Position numbers and translations under genes: made by a program
Shown here: positions 18,259 to 25,608 of the stretch, piece by piece
Numbering within the stretch: the first letter of the stretch is position 1
Layout of the letters: each line of letters opens with the position of its first letter
Virus record (IMG/VR): IMGVR_UViG_3300017700_000616
Location: 1-37,796 of that record
DNA length: 37,796 nt
Reading direction: 5' to 3' (one strand)
From: a virus
Taxonomy: Duplodnaviria > Caudoviricetes
Notes under the pieces: generated by a model
Databases searched by the model: none
What the model saw: the letters and a program-made list of their open reading frames with translations, nothing else
Told to the model about the DNA's origin: nothing

Positions 18259-18449
18259 GACGTGGCTCCATTGGCGGAGTCTATGGCGTTCGCAGCGGCT
18301 CGGAGGCATTCAGCAGCCCCGAAAACCCGGTCATGCTTGAAGGTCGCGAGCGGAGGTTCGTTGTTGATGCGAACCACGTAATCATGCGGCTCACCCTTGA
18401 TGTCCGCCTTAAGCGGGTCCGTCGTGACGTTTTGAATCCACAGCGCCAT
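18255..18449 (-). CDS. Hypothetical protein
   Basis: Coupled ORF, MALWIQNVT...YVVRIN...FKH. Confidence 0.6.
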   Translation of the reverse strand: MALWIQNVTTDPLKADIKGEPHDYVVRINNEPPLATFKHDRVFGAAECLRAAANAIDSANGATS

Positions 18450-18452
18450 CCC

Positions 18453-18773
18453 TCACACGCCCTTGCTGGCTAGGGCGGCGAGAGCCCGGATGCGGATTGC
18501 GGCTTGGCGCATGGTCGCGCCCCAGTCCTGCCAGTTGTTTCCATCGGCGTCCTCGGCAGTGCGGTCGAGAGCTTCCGCATCTTCAAGCGCCAACCGAACA
18601 GCATTGACCTCCCCATCCCCATCGTTCTCGGGTTGGGCTTCACGATGGGCGGGGCGGAAGGCTAGACGGCGCTTGCACTCTGCCCACGTGACCACTTCGC
18701 CGCCTTCGATCTTTACCATGGACGCATCAGACAGTTCGACGCTCGGCATCGACAATTCGCGTTCACCGCTCAT
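18453..18773 (-). CDS. Hypothetical protein
   Basis: Coupled ORF in the leftward accessory operon. Confidence 0.55.
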   Translation of the reverse strand: MSGERELSMPSVELSDASMVKIEGGEVVTWAECKRRLAFRPAHREAQPENDGDGEVNAVRLALEDAEALDRTAEDADGNNWQDWGATMRQAAIRIRALAALASKGV

Positions 18774-19303
18774 TGGGATTGGTCCTTGGCTCTGGAGGAA
18801 AGGCGGGCGCGGGCGATTTGGCGCATGAAGTCCCGCTCCCCGTTGGAACCGTACTCCGCTCCGTAGGAGACAGGTCGGTCGCTTTCGGTGCCGTCTTCGT
18901 TCGGCCAGAACAGACCCGTTTCGGGGAACTCGCCAAACCAGCGCTCAATCTTCTCCAGCGCCTCCCCATCCTTCACATTCTCCGCTTCCAGTCGGGCGAT
19001 GGTGGCGAGGAGGTCAGGGACGGCGTTGCAGGCCGCGACGATGTAGGCGGCGTCTTCTTCAGAGAGCCACACAGAGGGGCCATCAAGACCGCTCGCCAAG
19101 CCGATCACGGACACCTTGTCTTTGGCCTGCCCGTGTATCCAGCCCGTTCGCACTCGCCATTCTGTGTAGCTCCCCGCCGGGAAGTCGGCGAAGCCTTTGA
19201 CGCTCTTTGCCGGGTAGGGGTGGTCAATGCTGTGAACCTCCCAATCTCCACCCGTCGCCGCCCTCGCCAGCTTCTCCAGCTCTGCTCTTTGTTCTTCAGT
19301 CAT
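18770..19303 (-). CDS. Ead/Ea22-like protein
   Basis: ELEKLARAATGGDW and DAAYIVAACNAVPDLLATIARLE motifs. Confidence 0.65.
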   Translation of the reverse strand: MTEEQRAELEKLARAATGGDWEVHSIDHPYPAKSVKGFADFPAGSYTEWRVRTGWIHGQAKDKVSVIGLASGLDGPSVWLSEEDAAYIVAACNAVPDLLATIARLEAENVKDGEALEKIERWFGEFPETGLFWPNEDGTESDRPVSYGAEYGSNGERDFMRQIARARLSSRAKDQSQ

Positions 19304-19985
19304 GGGGTTGGTCCTTCTGGCGGGAGAGGCGCGAAAGGGCGTCTCGATCTTCCTCAAGCTCGCGCAGGAACTTGTCGTGCCAATGGTTCAGCGAGACGTG
19401 GTTGATGACGAAGGCCATGTTGTCGGCCTGCCGGTTCGCGATCCCGACCGCCTTATCCCGATCCGCAGCGAGGGAGGCGAAGAGGGCTAGGATCGCGCCG
19501 GTCGCGTTGCCGAAAGCGATCTGGCTGGGATTGTTGGCTAGGTGCTTCGCAAGGATCGCCTCGATCATCGCCCGCGTAACCTCACCCCCTTGTTGAAGGG
19601 GTTGGGGGGATGACAGGGCGGCTTCACCCTCAATCAGGATCGCCCGCCCAATGATCGCTCGGCCCTCGTCGTTATGGTGAGGCGTTCCAGCAGCGGCCAT
19701 TGCCACATATTCGTCGCTCACGGCCCTGCTGTCCCCCGGCTCCATCCGCCCGAGACGGATCAAAGCCAAGTCGAGCGCTTGCCGCAGGTCCGCAACCTCC
19801 GACACCGCCCCGCCTGCATCAGTGGGGGCTTTGAGGGCTTCTGAGAGAGATTCTGCCTGCGACTGCGTCAGGCGGAACATCGTGCTTTCAATGCCCAGCC
19901 AGTTTTGACCCGCAATCCGGTCAACGAGGCCTTGATCGACAGGCTTGATCGCCACTCCAGCGGCGGGTTGTTCGTGGTCGGTCAT
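19296..19985 (-). CDS. Hypothetical mosaic accessory protein
   Basis: MTDHEQP start with ATGA coupling; VTRAMIEA segment. Confidence 0.55.
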   Translation of the reverse strand: MTDHEQPAAGVAIKPVDQGLVDRIAGQNWLGIESTMFRLTQSQAESLSEALKAPTDAGGAVSEVADLRQALDLALIRLGRMEPGDSRAVSDEYVAMAAAGTPHHNDEGRAIIGRAILIEGEAALSSPQPLQQGGEVTRAMIEAILAKHLANNPSQIAFGNATGAILALFASLAADRDKAVGIANRQADNMAFVINHVSLNHWHDKFLRELEEDRDALSRLSRQKDQPHD

Positions 19986-20200
19986 TTCGGCTCTCGCGTG
20001 ATGCGGACGCGGTCGCCAGACCGGAAGTCCCACTTGTCAAAGTCGGCGGCACAAGTCGCGCAGTAGTGCAGGCGCGGACCTCCAGTGAATATGCCCTCCA
20101 TGAACTGATGAACGGACTCACAAGAGAGCGGGGCTTGGCAGGCCGTGCGGTTGCAGGAGCCGTTCGCGTGGCCCTTGTCCGGGTTCAACCCCCCGCTCAT
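19982..20200 (-). CDS. Small Cys-rich (zinc-finger-like) protein
   Basis: KG...GSCNRTACQ and YCATCA motifs. Confidence 0.65.
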   Translation of the reverse strand: MSGGLNPDKGHANGSCNRTACQAPLSCESVHQFMEGIFTGGPRLHYCATCAADFDKWDFRSGDRVRITREPK

Positions 20201-20745
20201 TGGTCAGCCGCCTTTTCAGCGAGAGCGGCGACGATGCGATCCAGTACGTCAAGCTGTCGCTGCCAATACGAGCGATCATCAATGTCGGGAGGCGACACCT
20301 CCGCTCGATCCCGCATTTCGGTCAGCGCCTTCCGCCAATCGTGCTGGTGCGATAGAACGTCGGCTATCGCCCTCATCCTCTCCGTATCGGATTGGTCGGA
20401 TGCGGGATGGGTGTAGAGGGGCTGGACGATCAGGTTCGGCCAGTCTTTGACGATGTCATGATCCGTCACGCGCCAGTCGGTCGGCGTGTTCGGGTGCGCA
20501 TACCGCCACGCAACCGCCTCGCCCTCCCCCGTCTCTGCTGGGGGAGAAGCGGAGGCGGCGGAGGATAGCTGACGGCCATAAAGCGCCACGATACCGCGCG
20601 CAGCCCGCCGGCACATTTCCTCCGGCGGAGCAGTCCCCATGCCGACCGGGAAGCCCAGCCCCGCAATCGATGCGCCGAGTTGTTCGGCAATGTCGCGGAC
20701 AATAGCGTCCTCGAACTTCACTTCGGCAGTCTTGGGTTCAGACAT
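20197..20745 (-). CDS. Hypothetical Eaa-like accessory protein
   Basis: GEAVAW...PLYTHP motif typical of phage accessory mosaics. Confidence 0.6.
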   Translation of the reverse strand: MSEPKTAEVKFEDAIVRDIAEQLGASIAGLGFPVGMGTAPPEEMCRRAARGIVALYGRQLSSAASASPPAETGEGEAVAWRYAHPNTPTDWRVTDHDIVKDWPNLIVQPLYTHPASDQSDTERMRAIADVLSHQHDWRKALTEMRDRAEVSPPDIDDRSYWQRQLDVLDRIVAALAEKAADQ

Positions 20746-20754
20746 TACGGGCTC

Positions 20755-20961
20755 CTAAATCCAAAAGAGTGAAAGAGAGCCAGCCAGCATTGCCAGAGCA
20801 AACCAGACGTAGGGCTTGGCGAAGGCGCTGATAAGGCTGGAGAGGCCACGAACCCAAGCTGGTTCGTAGCCGATGGGGCGGAAGTCAAAGCCCCGCTCCA
20901 GAGCATCCCGGTCGCAGGTCCGCATTGCCTCATAGCGTCGGTGATCGCTGTAGTCGTTCAT
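20755..20961 (-). CDS. Small protein with C-terminal TM helix
   Basis: MNDYSDHRRY start, ATGA coupling, hydrophobic C-terminus. Confidence 0.5.
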   Translation of the reverse strand: MNDYSDHRRYEAMRTCDRDALERGFDFRPIGYEPAWVRGLSSLISAFAKPYVWFALAMLAGSLSLFWI

Positions 20962-21158
20962 GACGCAGCTCCGATCTGACCAATCAAAGCAATTCCGGTA
21001 AGCCCCACCCAGAAGAGGGCGAGAAATCCGACCGCTAACCACATAGGGGCGTAAGATTTGTCGATTGCATCTCCGCGAATTGCTTTTAGCCACCACCAAA
21101 ACGGCGCAGCAATAACGACAAGGCTAACGGCCCCAACAAAAATCTGAGCTGCGTTCAC
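20958..21158 (-). CDS. Small 2-TM membrane protein
   Basis: GAGGAG SD, GTG start, two hydrophobic helices. Confidence 0.55.
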   Translation of the reverse strand: MNAAQIFVGAVSLVVIAAPFWWWLKAIRGDAIDKSYAPMWLAVGFLALFWVGLTGIALIGQIGAAS

Positions 21159-21325
21159 TCTGGTTTCTCCTCGCTCTGTTTCTTCATGCTGGCGAAGGTT
21201 TCCGCCCATGAATGAATATGCTCGCCCATTTCTCTGTTTGATCGGTTTTCGGATTCCCACAGACGCTCCAGATCGGAGCCTTTGCGGGGACGAACACTGA
21301 TTGGGCTGGGCTGCTTCATACGCAT
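21155..21325 (-). CDS. 56-aa hypothetical protein (not in ORF track)
   Basis: MRMKQPSPISVRPRKGSDLERLWESE...; GGGAG SD; GTGA overlap with the next gene. Confidence 0.5.
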   Translation of the reverse strand: MRMKQPSPISVRPRKGSDLERLWESENRSNREMGEHIHSWAETFASMKKQSEEKPE

Positions 21326-21346
21326 AGTCAACTCCCTATAGCCCGC

Positions 21347-21583
21347 CTAGTCAACTAGTTTCTTTTCCCAGAACGCGCGCATCCCCGGATTTGGGAAATA
21401 GCCCCATGCGAAAGGGTGTTTCCACTCTGGCGGCACACCATTGAAGGCCTTCAGCGCGTCGATCTGGGCGGGAGTTCTCTTGTACTGCATGGCGGCAATC
21501 TCAAACCCGCTGTCTCGGAAAATCTTTCGCGCGGCCTGTTCATGATGGTCGTATTGCTCTGGCTCAGGATCACTTCGGCTCAT
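21347..21583 (-). CDS. Hypothetical protein
   Basis: SD-like AAGGATGAG upstream; 78 aa. Confidence 0.55.
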   Translation of the reverse strand: MSRSDPEPEQYDHHEQAARKIFRDSGFEIAAMQYKRTPAQIDALKAFNGVPPEWKHPFAWGYFPNPGMRAFWEKKLVD

Positions 21584-21614
21584 GTTTTCTCATCCTTGTT
21601 TAGTGAGGAGGGGA

Positions 21615-21803
21615 TTAGAGCCCGCGAGATTCCCGCCAAGCCCACCTGTCCCGCATTTCTTGGCGGATATGGTCCCGAACCCAAGGAACCCTAAATAGGT
21701 CAACGGTCGATTTTGGCGTTCCGTCAGAGTACCAGATTTCTTTCGATCCGGAGGCTATGGACGCTCCGATCAGGCCCATGAAAAGCATCGGCTCCGGGTC
21801 CAT
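21615..21803 (-). CDS. Hypothetical protein
   Basis: TAAGGAG SD. Confidence 0.5.
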   Translation of the reverse strand: MDPEPMLFMGLIGASIASGSKEIWYSDGTPKSTVDLFRVPWVRDHIRQEMRDRWAWRESRGL

Positions 21804-21850
21804 CTCTCTTACTCCTTATGGGTGGTTAGGTTTTGTTTCACTACGCTGCG

Positions 21851-22135
21851 CTACGCCTGCCCCTGAACAGGACTCGCACGGTAAGTGAGGAATCTTTCAA
21901 AATGCGGCATCAGGTCGGATGCGATCTGCTGTGGCGTACCGTCTGTGACCTGAACGTCGGCCATGTAATGCGCCAGACCATCCAAAGCCCCAGACATGAC
22001 AGCCGCAGCGCCCATAAGGCTTCCCGATAGCTGAGCCTCGCTCACCAATAGCTGGTAAACTTTGTGGGACGCAGATGCCGAGATAAGCTCGTGAGCAGGA
22101 CCGGCGACCTCGGTCTTTTCGTCAGAATTATTCAT
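21851..22135 (-). CDS. Hypothetical protein
   Basis: GGGAG SD before ATG 22135. Confidence 0.55.
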   Translation of the reverse strand: MNNSDEKTEVAGPAHELISASASHKVYQLLVSEAQLSGSLMGAAAVMSGALDGLAHYMADVQVTDGTPQQIASDLMPHFERFLTYRASPVQGQA

Positions 22136-22137
22136 CG

Positions 22138-22311
22138 TTAAATCTCCCAAATCTTTTTCCAGCGACGACCGATTTTTTGTTCGATCACGACAGGTCCTTC
22201 AGATTGGTACTGATGGGCGTATCGTTTCGTCTCGTTGAACACGAAGCTCAGGTCGTTTCCTGAAACCTGAAAGACGGTCATGCCGTCCTGTTTTCCTCTA
22301 GCTTGATACAT
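22138..22311 (-). CDS. 57-aa hypothetical protein (not in ORF track)
   Basis: MYQARGKQDGMTVFQVSGNDLSFVFNETKRYAHQYQSEGPVVIEQKIGRRWKKIWEI; purine-rich upstream sequence. Confidence 0.55.
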   Translation of the reverse strand: MYQARGKQDGMTVFQVSGNDLSFVFNETKRYAHQYQSEGPVVIEQKIGRRWKKIWEI

Positions 22312-22333
22312 CCTCTATCCCTTTTTCCTACCT

Positions 22334-22448
22334 ACAAGCTCAATTGAGAGATTGGTGTGACCAGACATAGGAAGCCCTCCCGCACAAATTGGTCGAAACC
22401 AAACTTGCGAGGGGCGTTCCAGTCTGGGGCCTAACAAGCTCAACCGAG
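22334..22448 (-). promoter_or_regulatory. Long UUCG hairpin flanked by direct repeats
   Basis: ACAAGCTCAAnnGAG at 22334 and 22434; irregular hairpin 22361-22427 between them. Confidence 0.5.
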
Positions 22449-22449
22449 C

Positions 22450-23135
22450 CGACTGGCGCTTACAGACAGCTACGTGACAGGAAAGGTCCGCAGCCTAGGC
22501 AACTACTTCAGGAGGCTTTCCCCTCCATCGACCACCCTCTCGCCTCTAGGACCGGGTTTGGCTTGGTCGTCCCACAGTAGCCATGCACCCGCGCCGCTGC
22601 CGTTAACCGACCGGTTCATCAGGAGCCTAAAGGGGTTGTCAGTAAGATCGCGGCGCGCTATCTGTAATGAGCGTTACGCAATCGGTTCTGGCAAACCGAT
22701 TTAGGAGGGGTCGCCGTTGTTCAATCCGGCGGCCCCTTCGCCGTTATGGATGCACCTAGACGCGCAGAAGGTCAAGCCCGATGAAAACGACGGACATGGA
22801 TCATCTGAACCGGATGATGGCAAAGCTAAAGCTGATGGCCGCTCAGAGGAAGGCGCTGGATCGTCTGGACCGCTGTTGTCACGGAGGCGTCGTGTCCTAC
22901 AGGCTTCCTCTGGTCTTCCGCTTGGACTGCGCTAACGGGCGGTTCAATGCCTAGACGGCAGGATCGTCAAGGGGTAGATTGGTTGGGCTGTGCGGCGTCT
23001 CGATCACGAGGGTGGAACCCCTAAAGACCCGCTACCTCGACGGCGCTCCGGCTTCGGCTGGGTAAGAGATAGAATCAAAGCGCTCGCGGCTAGGATATGG
23101 AACCCTGAGGGCAGGTTGGCTTTGCCCCGCACAGC
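22450..23135 (+). ncRNA. Putative large structured non-coding RNA / replication-origin element
   Basis: About 700 nt with no convincing CDS in a gene-dense genome; more than 10 helices, with wobble pairs reading G-U on the + strand; cUUCGg and GCAA loops. Confidence 0.55.
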
Positions 23136-23168
23136 AAAAACCCCACCAATCCCGAAGGACTGATGGGG
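23136..23168 (-). terminator. Intrinsic terminator after the replication gene
   Basis: Minus strand ccccatcagtcc-TTCG-ggattggtgggg-TTTTT. Confidence 0.85.
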
Positions 23169-23222
23169 CTGCCAAAATCGACTCATTTCGGCCCCTCCAG
23201 CCGTGGCTGGATTAAGGGAACC

Positions 23223-23738
23223 CTACTCCCTCCGACGTATCCCGGCAACTCCCGCCGCCTTGAGCGCTCCCTTTTGCTCGACAAGCTTCCTCATGGCATA
23301 CTCTGTAGCTGGCGTTATGAAGCCGTCTTCATGGAATGTGCAGGGGTCTAGGTATGAACGTACGAACGGCTCCCCGATGGCTTCAAGAAGTTTTTGACGG
23401 ATCGAATCTGGCGCGACAGTGCGCGCGGCTTCATTCGCAGGGTCTGGGCTGGCAGAAAGCCAGTGATCGTAACGCTCCCCGTTCAGCCACACCGAAAGAC
23501 CCGGATAGCCACACGTAGGTTCCTTCTCCTCACGGAGATACCGCTTAAGAGCCGCTAGGAGAGCCGCTGAGCCCACCTTCTTGGCGTGCCGCTCCCATAG
23601 CTTGCGGGTCTTGTCAGAACCGTCCCCGCGCTTCTTCATCATGCCAGCACGACAAGCCCAGCCGTCATCGAACGTGGAGGGCTCTCTGACAGGTAGCTTT
23701 ACAACATTGTCCATCTGAACTAGCTTCAATTGCGCCAC
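23223..23738 (-). CDS. Replication protein (initiator C-terminal-like domain plus DnaA N-terminal-like domain)
   Basis: GGAGGAGGAG SD and GTG start; FDDGW...KLW...LSVWLNGERYD motif; IRQKLLEAIGEPFVRSYLDP resembles DnaA domain I. Confidence 0.6.
   Translation of the reverse strand: MAQLKLVQMDNVVKLPVREPSTFDDGWACRAGMMKKRGDGSDKTRKLWERHAKKVGSAALLAALKRYLREEKEPTCGYPGLSVWLNGERYDHWLSASPDPANEAARTVAPDSIRQKLLEAIGEPFVRSYLDPCTFHEDGFITPATEYAMRKLVEQKGALKAAGVAGIRRRE
23698..23726 (+). promoter_or_regulatory. Antisense sigma70-type promoter inside the replication gene
   Basis: TTTACA-N17-TAGCTT. Confidence 0.6.
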
Positions 23739-23810
23739 GGCGTTTCTCCTCCTCCGTTGTTCCGCTGTGGTTGGGCCTCCGATGATTCGCTCTCGGAGGC
23801 CCTTTTTCTT
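23733..23810 (+). ncRNA. Putative ~75-nt antisense RNA against the replication gene start
   Basis: Bounded by the antisense promoter and a + strand terminator; complementary to the GTG start and SD. Confidence 0.6.
23773..23810 (+). terminator. Intrinsic terminator, antisense to the surrounding operon
   Basis: Perfect 10-bp stem gggcctccga/tcggaggccc followed by TTTTTCTT. Confidence 0.8.
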
Positions 23811-24144
23811 ACCCGATAAGCCGAAGCTCTGGAATAGTACCCTCCGGCAGATGATCCCCACGCTGGAAAGCCTTGGCCAGTTCCACGACAAAGCGGCGAT
23901 CATTCTCACGGTGGCGCTGTTCTGCATCCCGCTCCTTATCATAGGAGGGATTTGATCGTTCCATCATGGACGGGGCGTAGGGCTTAAGCTGGTGGTGAGT
24001 CGGGTTCTTCACCTTGTCTTTCCGCCAGCGATCCAGATGCCCCCCGATGGTCCCCCGGCTTAAGCCTGTAGCCTGTCGGATTTGACCGTTCGTCTTTCCG
24101 TCAAGGTGCATTGAGACGATGGTGTCGCGGGTGCTATCCGACAT
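23809..24144 (-). CDS. GcrA-like HTH protein, paralogue 2
   Basis: GKTNGQIRQATGLSRGTIGGHLDR resembles the GcrA N-terminal HTH. Confidence 0.55.
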   Translation of the reverse strand: MSDSTRDTIVSMHLDGKTNGQIRQATGLSRGTIGGHLDRWRKDKVKNPTHHQLKPYAPSMMERSNPSYDKERDAEQRHRENDRRFVVELAKAFQRGDHLPEGTIPELRLIG

Positions 24145-24505
24145 TGGAAGCCCCCGGCAGGTGGTCGCCACGGTACATAGCAACAGCCAGAGCGCGGATG
24201 AACGACCGGTCCCGGCTCTCTTGTTCCTTGCGGCCCTCATAGGTCGGACGGTCGTATGTCGTCTTGTGAGTGCCGCCGAACGTGTCGCGGGTGAAGCGGA
24301 GGTTCAGAAGCTGTCCACGCGCCTTGATGGCCTCTTTCGTCCGTCCGGTGATCGCGGCGATTTCGGCCCGCGTATGGCCGGAGCGAACAAGGCCCAGAAG
24401 CTGTTGATCTCGCTCGTCGTCCCAAGGCTCTCCGTATGAGAAATCCTCGTTAATCCGGTGCATCTTAAGCCGTTCGGCCCGCACCAGCTCAGTTTGAAGT
24501 GTCAT
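24134..24505 (-). CDS. GcrA-like HTH protein, paralogue 1
   Basis: WDDERDQQLLGLVRSGHTRAEIAAITGRTKEAIKAR; GGAGG SD. Confidence 0.6.
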   Translation of the reverse strand: MTLQTELVRAERLKMHRINEDFSYGEPWDDERDQQLLGLVRSGHTRAEIAAITGRTKEAIKARGQLLNLRFTRDTFGGTHKTTYDRPTYEGRKEQESRDRSFIRALAVAMYRGDHLPGASNVG

Positions 24506-24878
24506 TTGGTTTCCTCCATGCGTTAGGCCTCTTCGGCCAAGGGGTTTTCTGTGTGGGTTTTTGGAAGGGTCTGGATGGGATAGGCTTACGTTCTCGCCGT
24601 GAGCCGTTCTCCCGAGCCTCCAGACGGTTACACTTTGCAATCGCCTTCCGATCTATCCGCGTCTTGCCTTTGTGCGGCTCCACGAGGGCCGGGTAGAGGT
24701 TTTCGTCGTCGTTAGTCCCGCCAAGAGCCAGAGGGATGCGATGCTCGATTTGCCACTTATCGTCAGGGCCTATCTTCACTCCGCTGATTCCGCAGATGCC
24801 GCCGTGAGCGGCGAAGATTCGGGCTCGGTCCTTGGCGCTGAACTTCTTGCGTTTGTGGATCAGGACAGGCTCACGCAA
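24489..24878 (-). CDS. HNH endonuclease
   Basis: GICGISG...IEHRIPLALGGTNDDENL...PHKGKT. Confidence 0.85.
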   Translation of the reverse strand: MREPVLIHKRKKFSAKDRARIFAAHGGICGISGVKIGPDDKWQIEHRIPLALGGTNDDENLYPALVEPHKGKTRIDRKAIAKCNRLEARENGSRRERKPIPSRPFQKPTQKTPWPKRPNAWRKPNDTSN

Positions 24879-25245
24879 GCGGCTTCACCCAGACCTTAAT
24901 CCGCCCGCCAGTGACTTGCTCAGGGGACCACCGAAGGGTAATCTCTTGGGCGTTGCAGTCGTCTTCAACGACGAAGCACGATTGCAGGAGGTCGGAAACC
25001 GGCTTCTCAAGATTCCCAAGGTCGCGACGGCGCTTGTCTGGCCTGAATGCCTCTAGGAGAAGCGCGTAGGGGCCTCGGATCATCGGAACGGGACCGATGC
25101 ACCGCGCAGCCTCGGAGAGCCACTTACGGTACTCTGCGGACTTCAGGGGCGTATGCTTTCCGGGAACGAATCTCCAAAGCCGGTTAGCGCTCGGTGGCCA
25201 AGGCAGCTCAAACCCCACAAAGCCGATCATGTCGGGAGGGGTCAT
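24871..25245 (-). CDS. rusA: RusA-family Holliday junction resolvase
   Basis: LPWPPSANRLWR and PDKRRRDLGNLEKPVSDLL...EDD motifs. Confidence 0.88.
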   Translation of the reverse strand: MTPPDMIGFVGFELPWPPSANRLWRFVPGKHTPLKSAEYRKWLSEAARCIGPVPMIRGPYALLLEAFRPDKRRRDLGNLEKPVSDLLQSCFVVEDDCNAQEITLRWSPEQVTGGRIKVWVKPLA

Positions 25246-25608
25246 TCATCCCCCCTTTTTTGACGGGTATGGAGGGCCTGACATGGCGGCGAGGATGCGC
25301 TTAACGGCGTCTCGGACACCTTGTCTTGAGGCTCCGTTGGTACCGTCTTGATCCCAAGAGGGATTGTCCCAAGGGGTGCATCCGACGCCGTCCTGCATGG
25401 CGGCACACAGACGCTCAACTTCAGCCTCCGAGACCGCTCCGCTTGAAGTGGGTGCGGTCAGGAGGGCAAGTAGGGTGTCTGCGCCGACTGTCATCGTGGG
25501 GTGCACGCCCAAGACTGTTCCGTTTCGGATGCGCGCCTCGCATGCTCCGATCAGAAGCTTGTGGTACTCAGGCATGATCGCCACACCAGCGGGATTTGTC
25601 ACGCCCAT
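25246..25608 (-). CDS. Hypothetical protein
   Basis: TGATG coupling; GGGGAG SD. Confidence 0.55.
   Translation of the reverse strand: MGVTNPAGVAIMPEYHKLLIGACEARIRNGTVLGVHPTMTVGADTLLALLTAPTSSGAVSEAEVERLCAAMQDGVGCTPWDNPSWDQDGTNGASRQGVRDAVKRILAAMSGPPYPSKKGG

Noticed and set aside
22334-22448. Direct repeats as a mini-CRISPR array
   Set aside because: Only two short copies, an 85-nt self-complementary spacer and no cas genes
22477-22492. caggaaaggtccgc resembling the RNase P GAGGAAAGUCC motif
   Set aside because: Imperfect match and I could not find the complementary 3' RNase P motif
22717-22954. + strand ORFs 22717-22935 and 22781-22954 inside the structured region
   Set aside because: Weak start signals, opposite to the local gene direction and overlapping dense helices; not called as CDS, though the 57-aa ORF cannot be excluded
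23739-23942. N-terminal extension of the replication ORF to 239 aa
   Set aside because: Overlaps the upstream GcrA-like gene and a hairpin; a strong SD supports GTG 23738
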